Position numbers and translations under genes: made by a program. Positions 1 through 13,609 of a stretch of DNA of 64,000 nt are shown piece by piece. Below the pieces are notes generated by a model. The model saw only the letters and a list, made by a program, of their open reading frames with translations. It was not told where the DNA came from and did not search any database. The stretch's first letter is position 1. Each line of letters opens with the position of its first letter. The DNA is taken from the NCBI GenBank assembly GCA_000320545.1, contig ADNK01002546.1, positions 64,924-128,923 on the forward strand. The letters run 5' to 3'. The DNA comes from Bigelowiella natans CCMP2755. Taxonomy: Eukaryota > Protista > Cercozoa.

Positions 1-136
1 CCTTCATGATATGTATGGAACGAGTTAAATCGATATGATAGCGATGACAGAATTTGGGCGCATTTGTGTTATGTATGTCATTCAAACACAAACACCTACA
101 CACATATGTATATTATATATATATATATATATATAT

Positions 137-173
<37 letters not shown>

Positions 174-583
174 ATTTTCTTTAGACTATGCATAATCTCA
201 TAAATATATAAACAAATACTGATGTATATTTATGCATGTTGGTTTTTCCAAATAACGACGCATCAGATATCCGGCGAATATCGGGGCAAATTCCCATGCA
301 CTTCGTCTAATAATTGTCCCTTAAAACATTTACCTTTTGACAGTGGAAGTCGCTTGAGTATTTGTTTTTGAAACTTTTTGACGATGTACAACACCTGGCG
401 AAAACAAGCATCATCGAGTCTCCTCTCGCTGTCGTTACATATGTTTTCATTTGCACTCGTTTCAGCAGCACCAGATGCATCATCAGGTGGTTAGTAGTAC
501 CGTGAGAGGAAATGACAAGGCGTCGAGAAAGGACGGGTCGCGCTTTGCAAGGTCTACAAGATTCTCCCTAAATAATACATAAA

Positions 584-622
<39 letters not shown>

Positions 623-998
623 TATTCAAACATATTCTAATTGTTATGCTGTTTTATTTCAAGTAGCTTGCAAAACGATTTATGAAGGTTGCAATATCCC
701 CCCCTCCCCAAAAAAGGCAAACTGTTAGGGCCAACCGGAGTGAATTAGTATGGGCCTAATGGTGAAATGGTAATGTATGTGCTCTTTTGGTTGCAAAAAG
801 CCGTATACCCTCTTGTTTGCAAGTATTCGCCCCAGCCTCTGTCGCCTATTCTCGTCGTCTTTGGAGACTTGCATCTGATTTTTGAGGTGTGCACAGCGTT
901 ATCACAGATTCCATCAGCAGCTATCTCCATAAACAAATTCCTCTCTCACCCTCCTTCTTCATCCTTCGTGTGGATTCGAATGAACCCATACACGAAAA
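1..998 (-). CDS. Partial multi-exon gene, MSS51/ZMYND15 C-terminal-domain-like protein; 3' part lies outside the window, 5' exons probably extend to about 2100
   Basis: Exons 998-950, 874-809, 567-501 and 394-334 join in phase across GT-AG introns to give FVYGFIRIHTKDEEGGCKSPKTTRIGDRGWGEYLQTRGENLVDLAKRDPSFLDALSFPLTVLYIVKKFQKQILKRLPLSK. The GWxxYxxxR...LSxPLT pattern resembles the MSS51-like C-terminal domain as I recall it; no search was run. Confidence 0.5.
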
Positions 999-1287
999 CT
1001 TAAGTTTGAGCGAAAATTTGTATGCAGGCCGGTTATGGGAGAAATCGTAGACGAAACGCGAGAGATTTTCGAATGCTTAGACATGAACATAAAATATTAT
1101 ATAATGTTATTTGTGTGCACGTTGTATGAGGCGTGCGTGGCTGACACTTACTGTGGTAAAGGAGGAAAAGACTTCATATCACATCGAGTTTCCCAGCCGT
1201 TCCAACGCGAACAGTAACAACCAAACACCGAATCAAAATCCAAATTGATTTTCTTTTCCAATACGTTACCAACGAGGATTTCAAAAT

Positions 1288-1327
<40 letters not shown>

Positions 1328-2530
1328 ACGATCTTCAACAAACAAAGAAACTTGTTTATTCTCTCATCAGCAACGTGTGAAACTGGCGCGTACAGCGGGT
1401 GGATTACCTTGCCTTTCTTCCACCTAAAAGTCCCACTGTAACACATACGCATAATTGCACGATGTCAGTCAATACAAGCATACAACTTCATCTCGTGTAG
1501 TTGCAGAAGCTAATCTTACACGCTCAGGTGTTGATTAGTATATACAAACGTATCCAATCGAATCGCTGCATTCAATGAGCCCTCATCATGGAAGAACAAG
1601 GGCAGTGGTACATGGCGCGCTCTCAGTAGGAAATGAGAAAATATTAGCAATACGCAACGGTGTAAATGTATGTTTGGGTGTATCCGTGACTGTCTTTCTT
1701 TGTGTGTGCTCGGATGAGTGTGTTTCTGTTTTGAAGGCGTGATACGGTTCGGTCTTACGCATACCTGTACATCCCGTCTCCACGAGGATCCAAGTTTATC
1801 TGTATCAAAATGAATAATGAACGATGGGAAACCGAAGGCATCTTCGATTTGAAATGGTGAGCCGCGTCGCTTTTAAGGTGAATGAAAACAGCACGAATGC
1901 GCTCCGTTCATTATTGAAAACGTTGTTTGAAACATGTATTCGGTCGGAGAAGTGCTCGTTGGGATGAATATTCTTCGCAAATTTCAGTTGAAAGAAAAGG
2001 CAGAATTCAAAACCAAGAGGCGCCAGCCCCCTCCGTACCTGGCTCTGCAGTTTCTTATTCGTCTTCGTTAATAGTCGCGTGCAGCCATTACGAAAGAGAG
2101 ACAAAATTAAAACATACCGCCGCACTGCAGGTTCAAAATTGCAATACTACCATTTTGAGGGCGGGCGAGACCGCCCCGCCTCGAGTTTTTTTTTTCCTCC
2201 CCATGGCCTACCAGGAGGTGTCGGGGGGGGGATGAGGGAGATGGATGTTGGCCGTTAGTGTTGGCGGTTGTTGCGATACTAAATTACTAAAATAACAATA
2301 CTTATTGGAAGGAAAACCTAAAACAAATACAAAAATTATGCGGATCATTCTTGGAAATATATAGGTTGTTACCAGCGTGATTTTTGTTCTAAAATCAAGA
2401 CCCTCGAAACAAAGAGGAGCGTCGAGAACCCAACAGGTGGGGAGGGCGAACTGTGTCTGAGCCTATCTGCCACAGCACCTCTCATTCCAAGTTCCTCGTC
2501 ATGGCATTCGTCCCTGAATCTTAAGTATGG

Positions 2531-3430
2531 GCGCATGCTTCGCATAGTTTTGGCATCCAGAGATGCATGTGGAAGGGAACGCTGATCATGCAGTGCTGGA
2601 GTGTTCAATGCATCATCGTCTTTTCAACGTGGCAATTTTCAAGTCTCTTGCGTTCCTCAGCACTTCACTCTCACACACCACGCAAGGCTTGCTGCGCACA
2701 CCTGACCGATTCAGTTCGTGTTTGCACCAAATAGACAGAATGTTGTGGCTCCATGTAGCCATTGGCGATTGCGGCCACACCACAACTAAGTCAAAACGTT
2801 TGGAAAGTGCTGTGATCACTCTGTGTCCGATGGAGCATTTGTGTCATAATTTCCGGGCGTGCTCAGCGTGCATACGTTTCTAGCTTAGCATTGTACATTT
2901 TGGCTAGCTAGGCAGCCAGCACGATGCGTTGCATGCATTGCTGCTGACCTGCGAAACGTGCGATCTGACGATGCGGAGATGCCTGGCTAGCTGGATGCGT
3001 GCGACGGATAGAATCGACACGCCATGCTCTGGTGCTTGCTAGCTGGCATGTCCGCGTGTCATTCAGTGGTGCTATGGTGCTCAGTAGCTGGCCAAGTCAC
3101 TTTGCAATGCAACAGTGACACTCACAATGCATCAAACAAGTTGATGCGGCCGCACCACCTAGCTAGCTAGCTAGCTAGGCTACAGGTGTCTGTGCAGCTT
3201 GCAACGACGTTGCGAAACAGCTAGAACAGGTCAACTACTAGACTAGCTAGCTAACCGACTGCAGCTGCACATGCGTGTGTCTACAGCATCAGTCGTTGCA
3301 CACTTGCTTCAAGCCATCCTAGTTTGAACGGTGCACACACACGAAGGAATCGCCCACAAATCTTGCATCTAGCTATTGACATGCATGTCTAGGTGTGCAC
3401 AACATTCACACAACACATTTCACACACAAG
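2531..3430. other. Intergenic TpA-depleted island 1 with (CTAG)n tract
   Basis: Only 3 TpA outside CTA/TAG context in about 900 bp by manual read (near 2846, 2872, 2893). (CTAG)5 at about 3159-3178. Rich in TGCA/CATG. Confidence 0.8.
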
Positions 3431-3591
3431 TATGCTGTGACTATTGTATGTCTATTTTATCTCAAACAAATGTATGGACCCATTCTTAGCGTTGGCGCAC
3501 GCACTGTTAGTATTCTTGTACATGATGATAGAAAGAAATCTTAAAGGCATGATTCTTTGCAACAATGACCACTAGCGAGGGTCCTGGCAAT

Positions 3592-5515
3592 TTACAGCCT
3601 AACGGTTCTTCTTCGTTTCTACTCCTTTTTTATTCTGGGAAATTGATGTTGGGTAGCGATTGGATATAACCAAGAACAACAAGAAGTTTATTTCTCAGGC
3701 GTGACTCAAATTCGAGTATGGAAAGAACAATTTTAAGCGTTTGCAGAATAAGGAGGGAAGAGCTTCATGCGGAACATAGGCTGCATGCATTACAACTTGT
3801 GCGTATATCAATAATTCAAAGGCAAAGAAAAAACTCATCAGGCAAATCAAACACAATTACGCATAGTTATTCCTGACCCTCACCTCATCGGCACATTAAA
3901 ACACATATAATATTAACAACTTATACATAGAAACTGAAGAACACCACTTTAGAGCAGCTGTGTAGTACCTCTGCAGAGGGCAATACTTCCGATGATAACA
4001 CGGTCTTTTCAATTCTCGCTTTGATACGATTCTGATGAGCGTGTTTTCACATAATGGGCCAGATATCGTACAGGTAAGGCATATGCACGGAAAACGGCCT
4101 CTGCCATTTTTCTCTTTCTATCACAACTAGCTGCGACGACGATGAACACTCTCATAAGGCAGTTACCTTGATTATTCCGATGAATATCAAACCTAAAAAC
4201 ATTATTTCAATAGAATCAACTTAGGTGCTGAGAGCTCTAACCTCTCGATGTATCCAAAGGTAAATTGGATCGACTTGGCAGCCAAATTTAAGCCATACGT
4301 CTACTAAATATCGGCGCACTGAGTAGAGCGAGCAAGGCCACGCGCGCCGCCATCATAGTGCGCAATCGTGTCTTATTACCGATGAAAAAACTAGAGAAAG
4401 AAGCTAGGAATGTGATTTCTTGGGGAAGCAAGAAATACTTCTGGCAGAGAACACCTATGGCTGTTGATTGATATATCAAAACAGTAGGCATTAGTCAAGT
4501 ACAGCTCCGAAACTCTCCCTCCCCGTCGCTATTGGGGTGACGGGCAGCAGAGCACAGTTGCGGAGTTGATTAGTACCAAAATTAAAAAAAAAATGCGTAT
4601 TAAAACCAAAAACAACATCTTGAAGATACCGATCGGCATGCGACGAATATGTAGACACATAGACAAATAAAGAAGCCACAAATATACAAACACAGACTCT
4701 TCTGTTCAAACCCTTCACGAACATTATGCAATTATTCCTTTCACATCAAAAATACGATGGCGACTGTGATAATGCCACACGCGACGGAAAGAAGAGAAAA
4801 CAGCTCAAGACGGAAATCAATGCTGCTTCTTGTACCCATGACAACTACGACGAGGATGATAGGCGCCGACTCCATTCTCTGAAGTTGATGTCCTGGCAAG
4901 GAAGAATCATGCTAAATCGCTGAAAAACGCTACAAAACCGTCTTCGAAGCAAACCGCAGGCAACACAAACAACATAACGTATATCCCCCAAAAGTATTCA
5001 TTTATTAGCAAATTGGTCAATGCATCTCTAGGTGATGCTAACAAAATCACGAAAACGCGGTAAACTGCTGACGAAAGCACGCTTAAGGCCGTTCCTTGCG
5101 TATTTCATTAAGATTTTGTATTGGCGGTGGTTGACCGATTGTGGGGCCTTGATGTTCGCTCTCCCTGTGTGGAGACATGTAACGAGTAAATCAAAGGTTG
5201 GTGGGGAGACCAAGTGGATCGCTACATTGCAAAATGGAAGCATGCAGAGGAATAATTATGTTCCCAAATAAGCCGCCCTTTCGTCTAAAGGGATTCTTAT
5301 GGCGAAGGGTTACTGAATTTTGTAGATGTTATCGATTAGTGCTACGAGGCATTGAAGGCCTACTTGCTCTTCTGGTTTGGAGGATATCCTCTTGTCCACA
5401 CAGGATGAGGCTGAGCGGGGGGGGGGGGGGGATAAAGGCCATTGATGATACAAAACGACTACTATATCTGATATGAGTTATGTGAGTTTGTTATGGTGCG
5501 TAGGTTTTTGTGGGC

Positions 5516-5580
<65 letters not shown>

Positions 5581-6568
5581 TAATTGTGTAATATAAAGCA
5601 GACGGCCTTCTTTGACTGCATATCCATCATTGACAATTGTCTAATCATAACTATAAACATATAAATGTGTGGGCACTATACGCTGCAGCATATTCACCCA
5701 TGCATTAACATATATGCGCCGAACCTGATCTTCTCCTAGCAGCTTGCCTCCAATCGCTATATGGGAGAGTTCTTCTCGAATATAACAAGAAACATCACAC
5801 AGCGATTTCGAGCATGCATGTGTAAAGTGCACAGAAAATAGAAGTATATGAATATATATAAATAAATATATTTAAACGTTATCTAGTATCGTTGTAGTAA
5901 ACTCATGCACATTTGTTTTGTTGTGACTGTATTTGAACGCCAAGGGGTAAATCTAGCTGTCAAATATACAAATCCTCTTCATGCCTTTCATGCGTTGTCG
6001 TAGTCTTGTAACTTACCGATTTGCGGGAAAAGCACTTGCACCCGATCTGATTATGATATGGTCATTTTATGGAGAATATGAGGAGTAGAAGGAAGGTTTT
6101 GGATGAGCATAATAGCAATAAGAGTAAATATTGAGATGCTGACACGAATGATGCTAGTTGTAGCTGCAAGTAATTTAGTTGTATTCTCTGTTTCGACTCT
6201 TGAAAAACCGTTTTATCAGGTCAATATCGTTATAGTACTACAACGAATACATTAATTTCACATTGGGATAATGCTTTGTACAAGCGGACGCATATAAATG
6301 CAGCACATTTTGCATTCACGTATGTGAGTGCATGCTTCGGTGTGCAACGTTGTGCTCGACGACGAAGTAGGTCAACCCCACCTGATTTGGCAAAGGGTGC
6401 TAAAGCCTTCGTGATGCCATCAGCTAATCATTATATCGAGGGGAAACGGCAGCGGAGGAAAAACAAAATGTAGCGTGTAGCGACGAATAAGAGCACGCAA
6501 ATCGCAACACAATCACTAGGAGGTAAGGGACATAAAACGCATTTCAACAGTTTAATCTTCGCGAAGCA

Positions 6569-6599
<31 letters not shown>

Positions 6600-7401
6600 A
6601 ATATTTGGGTCAACCTATTGCCGTTCGCTGCGCTCTCTCCAGTTGGTTGTAGATTGTCAATACCTATTTAATAATTATCGTATCATAAACCAACACAAAA
6701 ACAAACAGACATATACACATACGCAAATACAGCACGCAAAACACACTTACATGTATTCACATTCACGCGCACAAGCACATTACTATAGAACAAATATGGA
6801 TGCACAGTGTGTTACAAGAAGGGAAACCCCCACCAAAAGCAGAAGGATCTCCCGATTGAAATGAAGAAAATATGTAAAAATAAGGGACCGATACTACGGC
6901 TGCATCATCCGTGTTTCCCCCGACTGACCATGGAGAGCTCCCATAAACGGCCACGCTAACAAAATCCTACCGGCAGTATGCATGTGTTAAAGCAGAAACG
7001 ATAACACCGGACAAAAAGGCTTATTCGAACGTTCGCTTGTATGCAGTGATGCTTATGCAATTTGTTTCAGATTGGAATGATGTAGCTATCTATCGAAGTG
7101 ACGAATCAGCTTAGTTCTCCGCGATGAGAAAAGCGAGTTATGTTATTGATGATGGCATAACTCATGAATTAACTGTAAAGGTTTTTCGCCGCACCTTTTT
7201 GATACTGAGAGCAGAGCTGACAAGCCCCGCAACACTTCTACGAAGATCCTTTACTTCGTCGCCATTTATGGAACTCTGTGGTGATATATAGCGTGTGTAC
7301 GTAAGGATAGTTCGAATGTTGTGACCCCCCCCTTGCTACCGCCCCCGCCTCTACTACACATCAGGCTCGTCCACCGTTGCCTCAATCCTTATCGTCGGCA
7401 T
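3592..7401 (-). CDS. MIF/tautomerase-superfamily domain protein with C-terminal hydrophobic (putative transmembrane) extension, about 13 exons
   Basis: Exons 7401-7375, 7275-7195, 6966-6889, 6663-6615, 6423-6382, 6046-6017 and about 5774-5725 give MPTIRIEATSSINGDEVKDLRRSVAGLVSSALSIKKDFVSVAVYGSSPWSVGGNTDDAAVVSVLTIYNQLERAQRTAIADGITKALAPFAKSDRVQVLFPQI..ELSHIAIGGKLL. This has the N-terminal Met-Pro and MIF-like GGxxDxAA and DRVxVxF. Further in-phase exons give MESAPIILVVVVMGVLCQKYFLLPQEITFLASFSSFFIGLIFIGIIKNRIKAR. The last exon and stop are uncertain (3592 or about 3733). Confidence 0.7.
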
Positions 7402-8606
7402 TCTATTGACTTATTAAGATTTATATTTTTCATACTAATTATTAATTGTAGTAAATTGCACTGAGTATATGTACAAAAGACACAGGGTTTTAGAGATACT
7501 TTGGGAAAATGAACGAAATCTGTCCTTCTCCAGAATGTGAAGTACCGGTAGTTTGAATAATGCCAACTCAGACTACCGGATGTATTGGAAGGGGGATTCT
7601 GATAAATTGATAATAGAGGACGCTATGGTGAAACGACATATCTTATTTATCAATCCAGGAACGAAAGGCTAATTTATTATTTTCTCAAATGCGCCTTTCG
7701 AAATTCAACTTTTGCCGGGCTCGGTTCCGGCTCTTATCTCCTTCTGCTGGATGCCTTTTCTACTAAGCGACAATATATATGGTCCCATTTTTCCTGTAAT
7801 TAGAGAAGGAAACCTATTTTTTTTAAACGAGATTAGTGTAACTCAAAGGGAGGAATCTATATGCGAATTTGTTTATATTATCAATCTACGACATCAAAAA
7901 ATGAAATATGGATGTCTAATGGGTCACTATTAGGATGTTTGTACATTCAAGGTTGAATCTTGAAGAGCTGAAAACAAATTACAGGCCGCACATACTCCTC
8001 TCTTGTAATCTTATATGTTGCAGCTAGGTAACAATAATAAACCCTAAGTAACGTTATTATGCGAATACGACATCCAAATTATAAAAATAAAATTGAAATT
8101 TAACTCCAATCTGCTTTACTCCATTTTTTTCAATAGAAATGATATTCGGAATTTTTGGTTTTCTCGTATGCTGAGATGTTGTTTGCGACAATGGACGTGT
8201 TCTAATATTTTTAATTCTGTGGCATATGGGAAGTCATAGGTGTAAATAGTGATCAATTTTGGAAATTATTGAATAAATATTTGTATTTGGTAATGTCTTA
8301 CATAGAATCCACGAAGGGCTCTGGTACGATGGCACGTATGAATGGCAGGCGTACTTTATGCTGTGCTCTATATGTGGGAAAGTAGAAAGCATATAGGGAA
8401 CGTGGGGAGATGTTAAGAGTGTCATATTCATCCGGGAATTTCTCGGAGCTCTGACCGCTTCTTTAAAGAGCGATGATATATGGCAATATGTAGCAGTAAT
8501 TGCAGTACCCTATTGCGGGACGTCGTTGTTTTTGCTTTCTCTTTATATGCACGTCGATGCAAACTAACCCGCTCTCGCTGTAGGATTTCCCAGTACTACT
8601 CTAGCC

Positions 8607-9369
8607 ATGGGGACAGGGAGATCTAACAAGCATGCTCGAGTCTTTGCCCTGCTACTTGCAGTTGCCACTGCATGTGTTTGCTTCCTCTCGGTGCGGCAGG
8701 CAGGTACACCATGCTCAGTGAAAAATGTGTGTTGACCATAAATACCGAGTGTCACCTGGTTCCCTCTCGAACGATAGTGCAAACATTTAAGAGTATTGGG
8801 TAAGCAGCAAGGGGGGGCGGGGGGGGGGGGTGCGTTCCTATCGCTTCATTGATCTTAGAATTGATCGATCACGAAATTTAACGCTAACGCTGCTCCCTGT
8901 GTGTCTTACATCAGGAACCGGCTTAGGCACAGCCGTTGCGCATACTTCTTCAAAGACCAGACGTATGTTTCAGTGAAGTATCTAAAAAAGCAACATACTT
9001 GAAAATGGATATTTGTTGTTACATTATAGTTTGTGCTTTGCCGTATGTCTATCTGCTGGGCTCTGTAGGCCGCAGATGATACGATGAGAATTGCCACGTG
9101 CTATTTCACCTCCCAATACTGATTTAACTCGCTCTCTATAGTGTCAGGGAGCTACTCAGCCTCCATGAAGGCTTGCATGGGTTTAAGGATGAAGCTTCTA
9201 GCGAAGCGAAATCGGGTTGGCGTTTAATATAATATTATGAGAGATATGGTCGCTGTTTTGCATATGTCGTGGTTACTTGCAATTGTTATAATCCGAGTGC
9301 AAATTTCGCTTTTGTGTCTGAATAGAATATTGCTCCTAACGCGGAAAGCCTTGAGGCCAAGATCGATGG
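8607..9369 (+). other. Bipartite targeting leader of ispG (signal peptide + transit-peptide-like region)
   Basis: [33 protein letters not shown] (basic N-terminus, hydrophobic core) is followed by the S/T/K/R-rich, acid-free [40 protein letters not shown], ahead of the conserved KYCE. Confidence 0.8.
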
Positions 9370-9454
9370 GTAAATACGTGTTATGAACGAGTGTTTAACC
9401 TCGTGTGTTTTTTCCCTATTGACTTAGTATTAATGCTGCATTGGCATCTATACA

Positions 9455-9541
<87 letters not shown>

Positions 9542-9731
9542 CAGCTGCATCATTAATATTGAGTTCATCGAAGATTGAATTTCCAAGTCTGATTAGGGCT
9601 TCTTTAAACCGTTTTTGATTTGGGTTGTTGCTCTTGTTATTAGCCAACGAAAATACTGCGAAAACGTCTTGAAGACCACTCGAAGGTGCCGGCTATTACC
9701 ATCACATACGTCTACACATATTGCCACAAAC

Positions 9732-9773
<42 letters not shown>

Positions 9774-10257
9774 ACGCGCGCTCACGGGCATGTACATGTC
9801 TTCTGTTATATAATCCCAAACGTGTAATTTATCACCCGACGATCTCTACCGAAACCCCGTTTGGTGTTGTATATATCGAAGAACTGCTATCTCTCCCTCC
9901 CTCTCTCCCTTTCGCTCTCTTTCTCTCGCTCTTGGTCTACTTGAGTGTACACGCATATGGTCTAGTCGCAGCAAGGGTGGTTATACAAAGTACGATTTAC
10001 CGCAACAATGACGTTCTATACCAGGCCTACTCGCACGGTGAACGTTGGCCCCGTAAAGCTGGGAAGCGAGCACCCTATTGCTGTGCAGGTGACGATGCTC
10101 CTATTTCTCTCCTCCGCCAAGTTGCATTAGCCTCGATTTCGTCGATTCTGCTCATGTTCCTTGCCCTAATGTTCTCGCCCCCCCGCACATACACACACAA
10201 ACTCACACACACTTATTAGGAGAAGGTGGGGGGGGAGAAGGAGAGATACAGAGACGA

Positions 10258-10299
<42 letters not shown>

Positions 10300-13200
10300 C
10301 TACATGCCAATAGCCTCATACAAACGAGAAATATTGATACTAGAAAGTTTGCGTCGCTACACGTCGTGTGCATGTGTGATAAATAAATGCGCATGAATGC
10401 TGCTGCAAACATTTTTGCCACTAACATCTCTCCCCTGGATGACCTTGACAAACCAGACGATGACTACTTCCAACACATTTGACGTGCGAGAGTCCGTCGA
10501 TCAGGTCGGTTGCGATTAGAAACAGCACGCATAATCTGTTTTCATCACCCCTTGCGCATTCTTGGATATGGCACACAATATGTATAAAACGTCATTTCCG
10601 GGACAGTGCTTCTTGAGTGCATCGCCTTATAACAAATAGCATTCTTATGTTATCGTTATGAACCCCTCCCGCCCCCCCCCCCCCTCCCCCTTCTCGTTCT
10701 CTCAATAGGTCATCCAAGTGGCCGACGCCGGGGCGGATATCGTCCGTCTCACGGTCCAAGGTGCTGTATAGCGAGTGTGATATGCATGTGCAATCGGCAT
10801 GAGTGTGACCATGAGCGAGGCGGACAACCTAGAGCCTTATACTGCAGAGAACAACATAATAGCAGCGCATTAGCCTATAGACACCTCGAAAGCGGACGCA
10901 TCTGGGGAGGCGCGTCATTTCTTACGCCTCTGCAAGATCGTTCCCAATTAATCTGCTGAAACATGGGGCGGGGGGAGGGGGGGGGGGTTCAGGGAAGGGA
11001 GAAGAGATGAAAATTTTGAAAAATCTAGAAGTCAACGAGAAGAATAACCAACCAACAGGGAAAAAGGAGGCTAATGCTTGCATGAAGATAAAGGACGAGC
11101 TTCTTCAGAGAGGATACGACATTCCTCTGGTAGCGATATGATGATAATTAACTGATAGTAGTAGCAGCACCATCATCATCATCATTATCGTCATCAGCAT
11201 CATCATCATTATCATAATCTTCAAGCATCTTGCTAATATGCATAAAAGCTGCCGTTAGCATCACCAGTATGCATGCATGGGGGTACTTGCGACGATGATG
11301 GCTGCGTGCATCTACGAACACTAATATCCACGCAAAGAAGGAGAGAGAGAAGAGGATGGGGGTAGGGAGAGAGATAGAGAATCAGATATTCAAATCCCAC
11401 TCCCACGTTTATGATATAAGCCGATTCTTTTTGCTGCAGGTTGCGGATATCCACTTCGCGCCAGCCGTGGCAATGCAGGTCATCATAGCACACATATTGC
11501 CTCTTTCTCGTTGTCTCTCCTAGCTTTCTCGCTCTCTCGCTCGCTCTCTCTCTCTCTCTCTCCCTCTCTTTCTCTCTTTCGCGCTCTCTTTCTCTGCTCC
11601 TCCTTCACCAAGGCGCACGCATACACGCTCTTCCAACCCCCCTCCTGCCGCCTCCACTTCCCACGCTCTCACTCTCCATTGCAGGTCGCTGATGCCTTCG
11701 ACAAGATCAGAATTAACCCCGGAAACTTCTACGACGGTACGCGGGAGAAGAATGCGCATGCAAGCAATGCCATCGATCTCGATGGGAATATGCATCTCCA
11801 GAGAAAAACAGCTGAAGCCACGCACGTTTACAAATGCGGAGTCGTATACGCACGCTTCCACACACGTTTGTTTCCTTCTTTTTTTTCAAAAGAAAATCAA
11901 TATTTCGTCTCATATCCGTAACGCTGGCCTCGCTCTCTGTGCGCAGGTCGCAAAACCTTTGCGGAGGACCTCATGTACGACGAGAACTCATACGCTGCAG
12001 AGCTTGAGAAAATCGAGGAGACCTTCACCCCCCTTGTGGAGAAGTGCAAACGGTAGGATGGGCCGGCGGCATTGATGATATGTCTAGTGCGAGCTGGTTT
12101 CGAATTTGCCAGCTCCAACATTATTATAAGTATATAATATATTTATATTTATATTTATATTTATATATATGAATATTTATTTACATTAACCATATCGGAT
12201 AATCGACGAATATAGGCTGAACCGTGCTATGAGGATTGGAACGAATCACGGCTCGCTCTCTGCCCGCACACTGTGCTTTTACGGGGACACGCCTCGAGGT
12301 GGGTGGGGATGTGTATCTCTGTGTGTATGTTTGTGTGTGTGTGTGTGTGTTTGTGCTGAGTTTCGTCATTGCTTGAGAGTCTGCTGCGTGGCACTCTCGA
12401 TCGAAGCCGACTTCACGCGCCACGCATAGTTAGATGTTGTTTAGAATATATCAATGTGTATATACTGCTGTTATTCGTAACGAAACGCATCCATTGCTCT
12501 AGTGCCACGATCGTTTCGTACGTGCGTCTTTTGAAGCTAGATGTGTGATGCGTTTATCATGGGAGATCTAGCCAGTTTTTTCCCAGCGAGGACGGGGGGT
12601 GAGGGGGGGGGGAGGGTGTTAAAACTTATATTTCATCGTTCACGTCTCCCGATTCATTTTGCTACTGGAACTATTCCCCAATAGGAATGGTGGAGAGTGC
12701 CATGGAGTTTGCAGACATCTGTCGCAAGAACGACTTCCACAACTTCGTCTTCTCGATGAAGGCGTCCAACCCCCTGGTCATGGTACAGGTACAATGAGCA
12801 GCATCTTTGAGGAGGGGGGGAAGGAGGGGTTAGAATATGTATTCGGCATTTCAATGATTGTCTTTGTATTGAACGTCAATCGTGTTTTTGCATTATTAAT
12901 CGTTGCAATTTATCCCTCCCCCCCCGCCCCTCTCCTCTCGTGCAGGCCTACCGTCTACTCGCTGCGGAGATGTACGAGAAGGGGTGGGATTACCCTCTCC
13001 ACCTCGGTGTCACCGAAGCAGGTATTGCTGGGTGGAGAGGGGGGGCGCGACTATGTCCGGCGCTTGTTGTGATTGTTGTGCGAGCATTCGTGCACAGGCT
13101 TGCGTGTGTGTGCGTGTGTGTGTGCGGCTGTGTTATTTCTGGCATAGAAACAGGAGCTGTTTCGTTTGCGAGAAGCGCCTTAAATTTTCCACTTTGCACT

Positions 13201-13327
13201 GATATGATGATGTTTGTGATTGCGAGAACAATTGCGTTATGCTTCTCTCGATCTGCTGCTTTTGCGGCGGTGGTATACGAGACTGGGACAGCGGGGGGAG
13301 AGAAGGAGGAAGAAGGAGACTTGCTGC

Positions 13328-13366
<39 letters not shown>

Positions 13367-13578
13367 GATTCTCGAAATATTATTGCCAGGTGAGGGAGAG
13401 GACGGGCGCATGAAGTCGGCGATTGGAATTGGTAATAAAAGCGACATTTGAATTATTCGTGACTCCTTTTATCTTTGTAGTATAGTGCGGATTGCCTCAG
13501 AAAGACTTTTCACCCGCTATTCTCCTCTTTCTGTCTTTGTGTGTGTATGTGTGTGTGTGTGTGTGTGCGCGCGCGCGC

Positions 13579-13609
<31 letters not shown>

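Noticed and set aside
4836-4880. IILVVVVMG looked like the start of a gluconokinase P-loop (VMGVSGxGKS)
   Set aside because: No downstream exon supplies GxGKS/T. The in-phase continuation is hydrophobic and TM-like.
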